32,000 bases of DNA from Raphidiopsis brookii D9 (GCA_000175855.1 ACYB01000031.1:30001-62000); one strand, 5' to 3'. Shown: positions 7,412 to 15,864, counted from the first letter of the stretch. The notes: generated by a model not told the origin, from the sequence alone. A program made the numbers and translations.

Positions 7412-9328
7412 ATGATCATCTACCCATTTCAAAAAAAATCCGATAAAAAGCCCCGCAAACCCCCCCAGAAGTCACCTAAACCAGACTACCGCCAAAATCA
7501 AAATGACTGGCGGTTATTTTTGCGTTTAGTTCCCTATGGTCGTAACAGTAAATATCTACTTGCATTATCCCTAACTTTGCTTGTACCCATTGCGATCGCC
7601 AATTCCATACAACCATTACTAATTGGACAAGCAATATCATTAATTCGTCAAGAACCGGGAACTTACAAATTTCTGACCAGTCGCAGTTTATGGGAAGGAC
7701 TAGGAATCATACAAGCACTACTACTAGCAACAATGGTAGTCAGACTATCCTTGGTAGGAGTCCAGAGTTATTTAGTCCAAAAGGTGGGGCAGAGAATTAC
7801 TGCTGCAATTCGTCAAGACTTATTTAGTCATGTAACATCTCTATCCCTGAGATTTTTTGAATCTACCCCGGTGGGAAAATTGGTTACTAGGTTAGTTAGT
7901 GACGTAGAAAGTTTAGGAGATGTATTTGCCACAGGTGCTATTGGTATTATTTCTGATATATTTTCGATGTTAGTGATTACCATTTTAATGTTCACAATTC
8001 AGTGGCAACTTGCCTGTTTACTAATATTGATTTTATTGCCAATTTCCTGGTTAATTATCTATTTTCAGAAAGAATATCGTCGAGCAAATTATAAATCGAG
8101 AGAGGAGCTATCAAAGATAAATTCTCAACTGCAAGAAAATATTGCTGGTATTAACGTGGTGCAGTTATTCCGAAGACAGAAATTAAATGCGGAATTATTT
8201 CGTGCTACCAACACAAAATATGTTGAACAAGTTGACACTACCATCTGGTATGATTCGGCAGTTTCTGCCACATTAGAATGGGTTAGTTTAATTGCTATTG
8301 CTGGTGTTTTATGGGTTGGAGGTTATTTACTATTGGGGCGAAGCATAACCTTTGGTATTCTATCAGCATTTATACTATATGCTCAGCAGTTATTTGACCC
8401 CTTACGAAACTTTGCTGAGAAATTCACAATTATTCAGGGTGGATTTACTGCCATTGAAAGAGTCAGCAACATTTTAGATGAACCCATAGAAATTAAAGAC
8501 CAGGTCAGTCCTAAATTTTCACTATTGGAGAATCAGGGTAGCTATATAGATGACACCATTAAAAACTTAGAAGAACAGAACTTTATCACCCCTTCAGCAT
8601 TAGGAGAAATTCGCTTTGAGAACGTGTGGTTTGCCTACAAAGATGATGATTACGTACTCAAAAATTTAGATTTTGTCATTCACCCTGGAGAGAAAATAGC
8701 CTTAGTAGGTCCTACTGGAGCGGGTAAAAGTTCAATCATTCGTCTTTTGTGTAGACTTTATGAACCCACAAAAGGACGTATTCTAATTGATGGTATAGAT
8801 ATTCAGGAGATACCGCAAATTGAGCTAAGACGTTACATGGCAGTAATTTTACAGGAGGTCTTTTTGTTTGCTGGTGACGTAAAAAGTAATATAAGTTTAG
8901 GAGATAACTACACATCAGAAGAGATTGAGAGCGCAGCAGAAAAAACCAATGTTGCCAGTTTCATTCAAGAGTTACCTGAAGGTTATAATACGGAATTAAG
9001 AGAGAGAGGCACAAATATTTCGGGGGGACAAAAACAACTATTAGCATTTGCGAGAGCAGCCATTCGTAATCCACAAATTTTGATTTTGGATGAAGCAACT
9101 GCCAACTTAGATGTGGGCACTGAAGCACTGATTCAACAAGCATTAAATCAGTTGTTAACGGGAAGGACAGCCATAATAATTGCCCACCGGTTGTCAACTA
9201 TTAGAAATGTGGATAGAATTTTTGTTTTGAAAAGAGGTGAGTTAATTGAACAGGGAAGTCATCAGGAACTAATCAGTCAAGGGGGACTTTATGCAACCTT
9301 ACATAATTTACAAATGTTAGGCAGTTAG
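7412..9328 (+). CDS. ABC exporter, fused permease/ATPase half-transporter (MsbA/Atm1-type architecture)
   Basis: 638-aa ORF starting 20 nt after the gor stop. It has an N-terminal multi-TM exporter domain, Walker A GPTGAGKSS, signature ISGGQKQ and Walker B ILILDEAT. A Lys/Pro-rich N-terminal tail (KKSDKKPRKPPQKSPKP) is also present. Confidence 0.9.
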   Translation: MIIYPFQKKSDKKPRKPPQKSPKPDYRQNQNDWRLFLRLVPYGRNSKYLLALSLTLLVPIAIANSIQPLLIGQAISLIRQEPGTYKFLTSRSLWEGLGIIQALLLATMVVRLSLVGVQSYLVQKVGQRITAAIRQDLFSHVTSLSLRFFESTPVGKLVTRLVSDVESLGDVFATGAIGIISDIFSMLVITILMFTIQWQLACLLILILLPISWLIIYFQKEYRRANYKSREELSKINSQLQENIAGINVVQLFRRQKLNAELFRATNTKYVEQVDTTIWYDSAVSATLEWVSLIAIAGVLWVGGYLLLGRSITFGILSAFILYAQQLFDPLRNFAEKFTIIQGGFTAIERVSNILDEPIEIKDQVSPKFSLLENQGSYIDDTIKNLEEQNFITPSALGEIRFENVWFAYKDDDYVLKNLDFVIHPGEKIALVGPTGAGKSSIIRLLCRLYEPTKGRILIDGIDIQEIPQIELRRYMAVILQEVFLFAGDVKSNISLGDNYTSEEIESAAEKTNVASFIQELPEGYNTELRERGTNISGGQKQLLAFARAAIRNPQILILDEATANLDVGTEALIQQALNQLLTGRTAIIIAHRLSTIRNVDRIFVLKRGELIEQGSHQELISQGGLYATLHNLQMLGS

Positions 9329-9400
9329 AGCATTATAGCAAGGGGATAGGGGGATAATAATATATATTATGTACTATGGGGTGTATTCACATACCTATTG

Positions 9401-9898
9401 CTACAGTACGATTTGAAAGGTTAATCCGTTAGTTTTTAAAAAATCATGGGTGAAATGATCAACAAGATTCGTATTACTAAGTTCTAAATTATAAAAATCA
9501 ACAAAATCATGATAGAAATAGGGACCTGCATGCCAAGTTCCTACTTCTAGTTTGATAAAACAGTTACCGGGGATGTGAAAGACCACTAACTTATCTAAAA
9601 TGGGTTCCCTAGTATTATTGTCTGGTGGACAAACTGCCATAAACCAATCCTTCCCTTCCAGAGAACCTAGACACTGAGTACATTCAACATGACGAGTTAT
9701 CTTATGAAATCCTGTTCCTTGGTTTTTTAAGCGCATAATATAGAAGCGTGTAATACCATTTTCTAAGCTTAGTTGAGCATCTGTATAGTCAAAAATTTTA
9801 TCGTCTTCACAAGGAAAGATCACCTGTCCATAAGGTTGGAAACTTTCTGGGGTGATAAATTGTGCTATTAACTCTCGCAATTTTACAGCTGTGTTCAC
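9401..9898 (-). CDS. Ureidoglycolate lyase (AllA-like cupin) family protein
   Basis: ITRHVECTQCLGSL, GTWHAGPYF and the N-terminal ITPESFQPYGQVI align by eye with E. coli AllA (LERHPLGTQAFIPM, NVWHHPLFA, LSQEAFSAYGDVI). The track ORF extends to a GTG at 10000. I prefer the GTG at 9898, which has a GGAG 9 nt upstream and gives a family-typical N-terminus. The start remains uncertain. Confidence 0.7.
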   Translation of the reverse strand: MNTAVKLRELIAQFITPESFQPYGQVIFPCEDDKIFDYTDAQLSLENGITRFYIMRLKNQGTGFHKITRHVECTQCLGSLEGKDWFMAVCPPDNNTREPILDKLVVFHIPGNCFIKLEVGTWHAGPYFYHDFVDFYNLELSNTNLVDHFTHDFLKTNGLTFQIVL

Positions 9899-10013
9899 GA
9901 AATACTCCACTAGATACAAATTCAAAAATATTATAGCCGCTTCTAAAAACCTACGCATATCTAGGCATAAATCCGAAAATATAGGCAAGTCCAACTCCAC
10001 GGTATAAGTTCGC

Positions 10014-10332
10014 TCAACTAGAAGCGCCTTTCGGCTTGGTTCCGTTGCTCCGTAACTCAGGTTCCTTGACTACTAGTCCCCAGTTAGAGATACTGTAAAA
10101 AGAGTGGCGACTCTTAATATCAGTACGAGACTTAAGAGTTTTATTCAGTTGATTCCACTGACTCCATACGTGCTTTCCATCCTTCACGGAGAGATAGGCG
10201 GTTATGGAGTCATGCATTTTTTCTTTTCATATCGAATTTTTTCTTGGTCAGCCCAACGCCTAATTAATTGTGTATACTGAAACTCCTAATTCTTTGGCAG
10301 CATCTCCTGGTCACTAATTGAATCTCCTCCAT
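10014..10332 (-). pseudogene. Decayed small HTH (excisionase/MerR-like) gene plus a hairpin-rich remnant, possibly a mobile-element relic
   Basis: The minus strand from the ATG at 10332 reads MEEIQLVT, then a frameshift, then GDAAKELGVSVYTIN*, then another frameshift, then QLIRRWADQEKIRYEKKKCMTP*. Joined, this resembles the excisionase/MerR-type HTH seen at the N-terminus of IS607-type recombinases. The 67-aa track ORF (10014..10217) has no recognisable domain. It overlaps several perfect inverted repeats (CTCTTAA/TTAAGAG, GACTCCAT/ATGGAGTC, GCC-GAAA-GGC). Confidence 0.35.
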
Positions 10333-10491
10333 ATTGTTGTTTCTGATATAGTATACATTTTATTATATGGGTATTCCCGAAGATTTGCCAAGATATACCC
10401 AGATATTTTCATTCAGATACCAACCCTTACCCCCTTGTGGATAAAACTAATACCAGGTTAGCCAGCACAACAAAAATTGTCAAAAGTTTGT

Positions 10492-10512
10492 ATTATAACC
10501 TACTAAAATAAT
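10492..10512. promoter_or_regulatory. LysR-type T-N11-A candidate site (ATTAT-N11-ATAAT)
   Basis: Read directly, 49 nt upstream of the LysR gene ATG. The AT-rich context means it could occur by chance. Confidence 0.25.
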
Positions 10513-10560
10513 GGAATCAGAATTTTAAGTCAAAAACTTGGGATACAATTCCTGTTAATT

Positions 10561-11490
10561 ATGCGTTTAGAGCAGTTGCAAGCCTTTTTAGCGATCGCCC
10601 AAACAGGTAGTTTCCAACAAGCTGCCAAAAAATGTGGGGTTACCCAATCTACGATCAGTAGGCAAATTCAGGGTTTAGAGGCAGATTTAGGTGTGGAGTT
10701 GTTTCATAGAAACACTCATGCTAAGTTAACATTAGGTGGTGAGAGGTTGCTACCACGGGTAAAAAAAATTTGCCAGGAATGGGAATTTGCAACCCAGGAA
10801 CTAACGGATTTAATCAGCGGAAAACAACCAGAACTATGTGTTGCAGCAATCCACTCTATTTGTAGTTCCTATTTGCCAGAGGTGTTACAAATGTTTTGTC
10901 ACAACTATCCTCAAGTACAACTAAGGGTGACCTCATTAGGTAGCGATCGCTCTCTAAAAGTGTTGAAAGATGGGTTAGTAGATTTAGCAATTGTCATGTA
11001 CAATAGGTTTCTAATTACCGGTAAAGAAATGGTGGTAAAAAACCTGTATGAGGAGCCAATAGAAGTATTATTAGGAGTCAATCATCCTTTAGCGGAATTC
11101 ACGTCTATACCGTGGAAAGAACTGGTTAAATATCCCCAGGTGGTATTTAAGGATGGTTATGGAATGCAGCGATTAATTCAAGAGAAATTTGAGCAACTAG
11201 GAGCAGTATTAAAAGCAGCGTTAGAAGTAAATACCTTAGATGCTTTTCGGGGTCTAGTTAGACAAGGGGAACTAATAGCGTTATTACCGCATTCAGCCTT
11301 AATTGAAACAAAATTAGATCCGACCCTTGTGGTAATTCCCTTAGAAAACAATGATGATAACAATCATAATTTACCAGAGGATTGTAGTTTCACCCGTAGA
11401 GTGGTTATGGTGACAACCCAAGACAGGTTGAAGATACCTCCCATACAACACTTTTGGCAACTAGTAGTCGATCATATTCCTCCCCGCTGA
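10561..11490 (+). CDS. LysR-family transcriptional regulator
   Basis: 309-aa ORF with an N-terminal HTH (MRLEQLQAFLAIAQTGSFQQAAKKCGVTQSTISRQIQGLE) and a C-terminal substrate-binding domain. Confidence 0.9.
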   Translation: MRLEQLQAFLAIAQTGSFQQAAKKCGVTQSTISRQIQGLEADLGVELFHRNTHAKLTLGGERLLPRVKKICQEWEFATQELTDLISGKQPELCVAAIHSICSSYLPEVLQMFCHNYPQVQLRVTSLGSDRSLKVLKDGLVDLAIVMYNRFLITGKEMVVKNLYEEPIEVLLGVNHPLAEFTSIPWKELVKYPQVVFKDGYGMQRLIQEKFEQLGAVLKAALEVNTLDAFRGLVRQGELIALLPHSALIETKLDPTLVVIPLENNDDNNHNLPEDCSFTRRVVMVTTQDRLKIPPIQHFWQLVVDHIPPR

Positions 11491-11549
11491 AACTACTTAA
11501 TTTTTGTTGATGTTGCTCTTGGTTCCCAATTAACCATTATTAAATTCCT

Positions 11550-12590
11550 ATGTCCAAAATATTTAGACAATTCATCCAAAAAATCGGTAGCGGAAACCAC
11601 ACTTCAGAAAATCTCAGTCGTCAAGAAGCTTATACAGCTATGAAGATGATGTTATTAGCTGAACCTACCCCCGCACAAATAGGTGCATTTTTAATTGCCC
11701 ATCGGATTAAACGTCCTACGGGTGAAGAACTGTCAGGTATGCTAGATGCTTATGATGAACTGGGTCCGAAATTGGCACTAACTAACTATGATGAAGATCC
11801 CATAGTTTTTGGTATACCCTATGATGGTAGAGTCCGCACAGCTCCAGTTAATATCATTACTACTTTATTGTTGACAGCAGCGGGTAAACCTGTAATCATG
11901 CACGGAGGCGATCGCTATCCCACAAAATATGGTTTACCCCTGGTAGAAATTTGGCAAAACTTAGGAATTAATTGGGCTAAGGTATGCTTAGAAAGAAATC
12001 AAAAAATATTTAACACGACCGGTATTGGTTTTATACATACAAATAGTCATTTCAACTTAACTAAAAGTCTTTGGGAATATAGAGAACAACTAGGGAAACG
12101 TCCACCACTGGCAACAATGGAATTAATTTGGTGTCCTTATGTAGGTAATGCCCATATTATTGCTGGGTTTGTTCATCCTCCCACAGAAGGGATGTTGCAA
12201 GCAGCTTTAGAGATGAGAGGAGTGAAACAATATACCTTTATTAAAGGTTTGGAAGGTAGTACAGATTTACCAAAAGATCGGACTGCAATTATTGGCACAT
12301 CCTGCTTTGATCCCCAAGAATTAAAAAGACTGAATTTGGCATCCCGCGACTATGAATTCAGCAGTAAGAATGTACCCTTACATAGTACAGAGCAGCTAAT
12401 AATAGATCTCAAATCCATTATTCGAGGAGAAAGCAATGAGTTGATGGAGACAGCTATTTGGAACGGAGCTTTTTACTTATGGCACAGTGGTATTAGTTCA
12501 GATATGTCAGCAGGAATAGATAAAGCTAGAGAATTACTCCATAGTGGTCTAGTAGCTGCTAAACTGGACCAGTTACTCCAGCTCCTCTAA
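11550..12590 (+). CDS. Anthranilate phosphoribosyltransferase-family protein (TrpD2-like, non-canonical)
   Basis: 346-aa ORF. The N-terminal helical domain of glycosyltransferase family 3 is present ([40 protein letters not shown]). The canonical TrpD GTGGDG PRPP-binding motif is absent. Confidence 0.75.
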   Translation: MSKIFRQFIQKIGSGNHTSENLSRQEAYTAMKMMLLAEPTPAQIGAFLIAHRIKRPTGEELSGMLDAYDELGPKLALTNYDEDPIVFGIPYDGRVRTAPVNIITTLLLTAAGKPVIMHGGDRYPTKYGLPLVEIWQNLGINWAKVCLERNQKIFNTTGIGFIHTNSHFNLTKSLWEYREQLGKRPPLATMELIWCPYVGNAHIIAGFVHPPTEGMLQAALEMRGVKQYTFIKGLEGSTDLPKDRTAIIGTSCFDPQELKRLNLASRDYEFSSKNVPLHSTEQLIIDLKSIIRGESNELMETAIWNGAFYLWHSGISSDMSAGIDKARELLHSGLVAAKLDQLLQLL

Positions 12591-12963
12591 TATAGAAATG
12601 ATCATAGTTTCCTACTTCTAGGATTTGATTCTTCTCGTTGACAATTACCACCCTAGGAGAATACTCTTTTAACTCTTCTGCGGTAAATTGCCCATAGGTC
12701 ATTATAATTAGGCGATCGCCCGTTACACCCAATCTAGCCGCTGCTCCATTTAACTCAATAATTCCCGAGTTAGCTGGTGCTGAAATCGCATAAGTAATAA
12801 ACCGCTTTCCATTGTTCTTGTTAACCACTTGTACCTGCTCGTATGGTAGAATACCAGCTTCCTGCAAAAGAACTAGGTCAATACTTATACTACCCACATA
12901 ATTAACATTCGTACCTGTTAGGGTACAGTTGTGAAGTTTCGCTAAAAGTAGAGTACGCTGCAT
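12559..12963 (-). CDS. panD: Aspartate 1-decarboxylase
   Basis: 134-aa [19 protein letters not shown] and the self-processing Gly-Ser site in YVGSISID are present. The 3' end overlaps the convergent TrpD-like gene by 32 nt. Confidence 0.9.
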   Translation of the reverse strand: MQRTLLLAKLHNCTLTGTNVNYVGSISIDLVLLQEAGILPYEQVQVVNKNNGKRFITYAISAPANSGIIELNGAAARLGVTGDRLIIMTYGQFTAEELKEYSPRVVIVNEKNQILEVGNYDHFYIRGAGVTGPV

Positions 12964-13113
12964 TTCCTTAAGATTTGTTTGCCAACATATATAGGGGTAT
13001 AAAGGAAAAAGGTGGGCAAAAAAACGAAAAAAAGTGCTAAGTTGGGACTGAAGTAGTGCGCAAAAGCCTCTTTTTTGTTTTCCACATCCACCAAAGAACC
13101 TGTTTTTGCGTCC

Positions 13114-13623
13114 CTACTTAGCAGCAGCGACACACTTTTGCACTAAAGGTGCAACCTTATCCGCATCATGCCAACCGAGAATTTGTGTTACCTTCTTCTC
13201 CAAATTTTTATAACTGCGGAAAAACTCGGCAATTTCTTCCAACCTATGGGGAGGAATATCCTTCAGCGAGTTTACATGGGCATAGCGAGGATCCTTGACA
13301 GGAACACAAAGGATTTTTTCATCCCGTTCACCACCATCAATCATTTCCAGAAACCCAATAGGTCTAGCTGGAATCACGCAACCAGGGGAAGTAGGTTCAT
13401 CCATGATCACCATGCCATCCAAGGGGTCTCCATCCTCAGCTAGGGTGTTAGGAATAAAACCATAGTCATAAGGGTATTTGACGGAAGAATAAAGCACTCG
13501 GTCCAAGGCAAAAGCATTTAATTCCTTATCAAATTCGTATTTATTCTGACTCCCACCAGCAATTTCAATCAGCACATTAATCACACCTGGTTTAGGTTGA
13601 GCAGGAATAAGAGATAAATCCAC
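13114..13623 (-). CDS. ppa: Inorganic pyrophosphatase (family I)
   Basis: 169-aa ORF with [23 protein letters not shown] and DGDPLD motifs. Confidence 0.95.
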   Translation of the reverse strand: MDLSLIPAQPKPGVINVLIEIAGGSQNKYEFDKELNAFALDRVLYSSVKYPYDYGFIPNTLAEDGDPLDGMVIMDEPTSPGCVIPARPIGFLEMIDGGERDEKILCVPVKDPRYAHVNSLKDIPPHRLEEIAEFFRSYKNLEKKVTQILGWHDADKVAPLVQKCVAAAK

Positions 13624-13965
13624 AACAAAACTCCCGTACTAACAGTTAATTTATTTGGAACCAGAGGTTCTCTTGCTAGATCTTAGGATAATAGTGCTAT
13701 GTTCACATCCTTTTTGAGAAATCTCATCTTAATATCTGGTTAGGTGTTAGACAAGTTAGTAGACGGGCCATTTGAATCCATAAAAAGTTTGGTTTGGGTT
13801 TTCCCTACTGGTTCCACTCTTCTTGTTTAAAAGAGAGTTTCCCCCCCCATTCTAGCTACTTTTCTTGGTTTGGGTCAGTGGTTTTAAAAAACTTAATTCC
13901 CCACCTTACTTTTAATAAAGTCTTGAACCTATTAATAATCTATCAGAATTTACTAGAAGTAAAGC

Positions 13966-14745
13966 TTATTGAGGAACACATGTGGAATTAAATCCGTATA
14001 CCTCTGGCCACTTTTCTACTGTACCCTTACCAAGGGGAATAATTCTAGCATCACCATTTTCAAATCTTAAGCGAATCCGTATTTCTTTTGGTTGTGCGCT
14101 TCTTAGTAAGTTGGCAGTGCCTTGATCTACTGCAAAAAGAGTATTAGCCATGTACCAATTGCTAGATATTTTCTTCCCAGAGTTTTGTGCTGGCTGATTG
14201 TTTCCACCAAATAAAAGGCTACCTATCAAATTACCTACACTAGTTCCTCCTCCTTCAGTATAGGTATAATCAACCTTAAATCCTCTCACCTTGGTACTTG
14301 GGTTGCGTTCCAGTTCTATGATTTGATTATTAACTCCTATCTCTAGGGTTTTGGGAACTAATTGCTGTAATTCCGCTTGACCATCATCGGGTGATTTTTG
14401 CACCACCACTTGTAAAAAACATCCATCCAGATTGCTTCCCCAAAGGGAAACAATCACAAACCTACCTGGAAAAGGATTGGAAAATGGTCCACCTAAACCA
14501 CTTGGACCCTCTCCGTGTCGGTCTATAACAACCTTACCTGCAATAGAATCAACCAAAGAATCCTTAATATTGGCTACTTGACTAAAGGGGAAACCACCCG
14601 CACCCCAGGGTATTCCCTTGGCTATATTTAAACTATCCTGATCTATGACAACTTGAGCTTGAGCGATCGCCTGTTGCTGACTAGTATAAAAACAACCTAA
14701 AACGAGCATCACTGATGAAACAGCACTTAAACAACTCTTCCACAT
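13966..14745 (-). CDS. Secreted hypothetical protein with no recognisable domain, immediately downstream of the S1 protease
   Basis: The track ORF runs to 14856. The ATG at 14745 has a GGAG Shine-Dalgarno 8 nt upstream and yields a signal peptide (MWKSCLSAVSSVMLVLGCFYTSQQQAIAQA). The longer version would overlap the protease gene. The gap to the protease stop is 37 nt. Confidence 0.7.
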   Translation of the reverse strand: MWKSCLSAVSSVMLVLGCFYTSQQQAIAQAQVVIDQDSLNIAKGIPWGAGGFPFSQVANIKDSLVDSIAGKVVIDRHGEGPSGLGGPFSNPFPGRFVIVSLWGSNLDGCFLQVVVQKSPDDGQAELQQLVPKTLEIGVNNQIIELERNPSTKVRGFKVDYTYTEGGGTSVGNLIGSLLFGGNNQPAQNSGKKISSNWYMANTLFAVDQGTANLLRSAQPKEIRIRLRFENGDARIIPLGKGTVEKWPEVYGFNSTCVPQ

Positions 14746-14782
14746 AGTATTCTCCAAATGTGTAATCTTAAATTTTGCAAAT

Positions 14783-15565
14783 TTAACAAACAGTACCCGG
14801 GCAAACTGCTGGTCCAGTGGGCGCCTTGTATCTAGTAGGTCTTCTGGGAGGATCACCTGGAGCTACTGGAGGAGGGGGGATGACCACTTGTCCACCACCT
14901 GTGGGTGGTTGTCGACCTGTCAACGAGAAAAAGGTGTTAATAGGAACACCCGCATTAAACCCTGTCTTTCCTCCGGATGATACCCCTGTTTCTTGTCCAG
15001 TTGCGTCCCTAATGCTTGGACGTTTAGATGCACAAGGCCCGTCAACCGTACCACCAATATCTGCTAATCCGTGAATGCCAACAACCCTACCGTAAGCATC
15101 AAACACCGGTCCACCACTATTACCAATAGAAGTCTGGGCATTATATACCAATCTGTAACCCCACTGAGCTTTACGTAGAACATCACTAGTTAATTTACCA
15201 TCAGTGGTATTAAATGTTCTATCCTTACCCTTGTTACCAAAAATAGCAGGGAATCCAGCTACAATCACATCAGCACCCCTTTTCACCTGATCCGAATTCC
15301 CCAAAATGGCTACCGAGTAATTTTCCTCTGCTTCAAAAGTCACCGTTGCTAAATCTGCTCCGCACTCATCCTTCTGCAACACTTGCCGATCTTTAATTGG
15401 ATATTCTCTACCCGTATTAGTCTGAATGGTGTAAGTGGCATCGGTTGCGCACCTTACCTTATTTTTTGTCCACAGTGGTCCATCACAGACAACATGATTT
15501 GCGGTTAACACAGTGTAAATTTTACCTACTTTATCAATAATTACACCTGATCCGCCTGGATGCAC
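14783..15565 (-). CDS. Trypsin-like (S1/chymotrypsin fold) serine protease, catalytic portion
   Basis: The catalytic triad context is present: TANHVV (His), ADLATV (Asp), GNSGGPVFD (Ser). The C-terminal tail is Pro-rich. The in-frame upstream sequence (SGKTTVKINSNV) has no start codon; see the fragment at 15541..15729. Confidence 0.85.
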   Translation of the reverse strand: MHPGGSGVIIDKVGKIYTVLTANHVVCDGPLWTKNKVRCATDATYTIQTNTGREYPIKDRQVLQKDECGADLATVTFEAEENYSVAILGNSDQVKRGADVIVAGFPAIFGNKGKDRTFNTTDGKLTSDVLRKAQWGYRLVYNAQTSIGNSGGPVFDAYGRVVGIHGLADIGGTVDGPCASKRPSIRDATGQETGVSSGGKTGFNAGVPINTFFSLTGRQPPTGGGQVVIPPPPVAPGDPPRRPTRYKAPTGPAVCPGTVC

Positions 15566-15729
15566 ATTGCTATTGATTTTAACTGTGGTTTTTCCGCTAT
15601 TTCTCCTACTCCCCCTGATCCTAGTGACACCCGCATCCCAGTAAGTATAACAACTAAAAGAGCAAATCCTGACACCATGTAATTTTTTACTGGCATCACT
15701 GGTATTTGATTAAGTAAACCCCTGTTCAT
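15541..15729 (-). pseudogene. Detached N-terminal signal-peptide fragment of the S1 protease (frameshift at an A5 run)
   Basis: The 62-aa ORF encodes MNRGLLNQIPVMPVKNYMVSGFALLVVILTGMRVSLGSGGVGEIAEK. At the T5 run 15589..15593 (A5 on the minus strand) one extra A would fuse it in frame to TTVKINSNVHPGGSGVIID of the protease. Confidence 0.7.
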
Positions 15730-15864
15730 GGCCAGTTAGAACCTCAACTTTACCCTAACCACATTATATGACTTACACACAAGATTTGTCACCTACTTTA
15801 TCTTTTTATTTTTTTTCCTCTCACTTCACACTCTCATAAGTCCCCACTCCCACCCTTTTGGCTT

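Noticed and set aside
10014-10217. 67-aa ORF treated as a genuine protein-coding gene.
   Set aside because: It has no recognisable domain and no Shine-Dalgarno. It overlaps multiple perfect inverted repeats and lies directly downstream of a doubly frameshifted HTH gene. It is more likely non-coding or relic sequence, and I kept it inside the pseudogene/remnant feature.
12942-13133. 63-aa ORF between panD and ppa.
   Set aside because: It overlaps the panD start and the ppa stop. The peptide is low-complexity ([11 protein letters not shown]) and derives from poly-A/T intergenic DNA. It is probably the ppa terminator and panD promoter region.
13794-13991. 65-aa ORF in the 342-bp gap downstream of the protease operon.
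   Set aside because: It has a non-ATG start and no RBS. It runs through the C8 tract and overlaps the stop of the 13966..14745 gene on the other strand. The peptide is unrecognisable.
14746-14856. Long version of the secreted hypothetical (track ORF start at 14856), overlapping the protease 3' end by 74 nt.
   Set aside because: The internal ATG at 14745 has a GGAG Shine-Dalgarno and begins a proper signal peptide. The upstream 37 codons are simply the open frame across the protease tail.
15589-15593. Programmed -1 ribosomal frameshift or transcriptional slippage as the explanation for the protease frame change.
   Set aside because: The site (G GAA AAA C) is not an X XXY YYZ slippery heptamer. 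The run is only 5 A, and I see no downstream stimulatory hairpin or pseudoknot. A mutation or sequencing error is more parsimonious.
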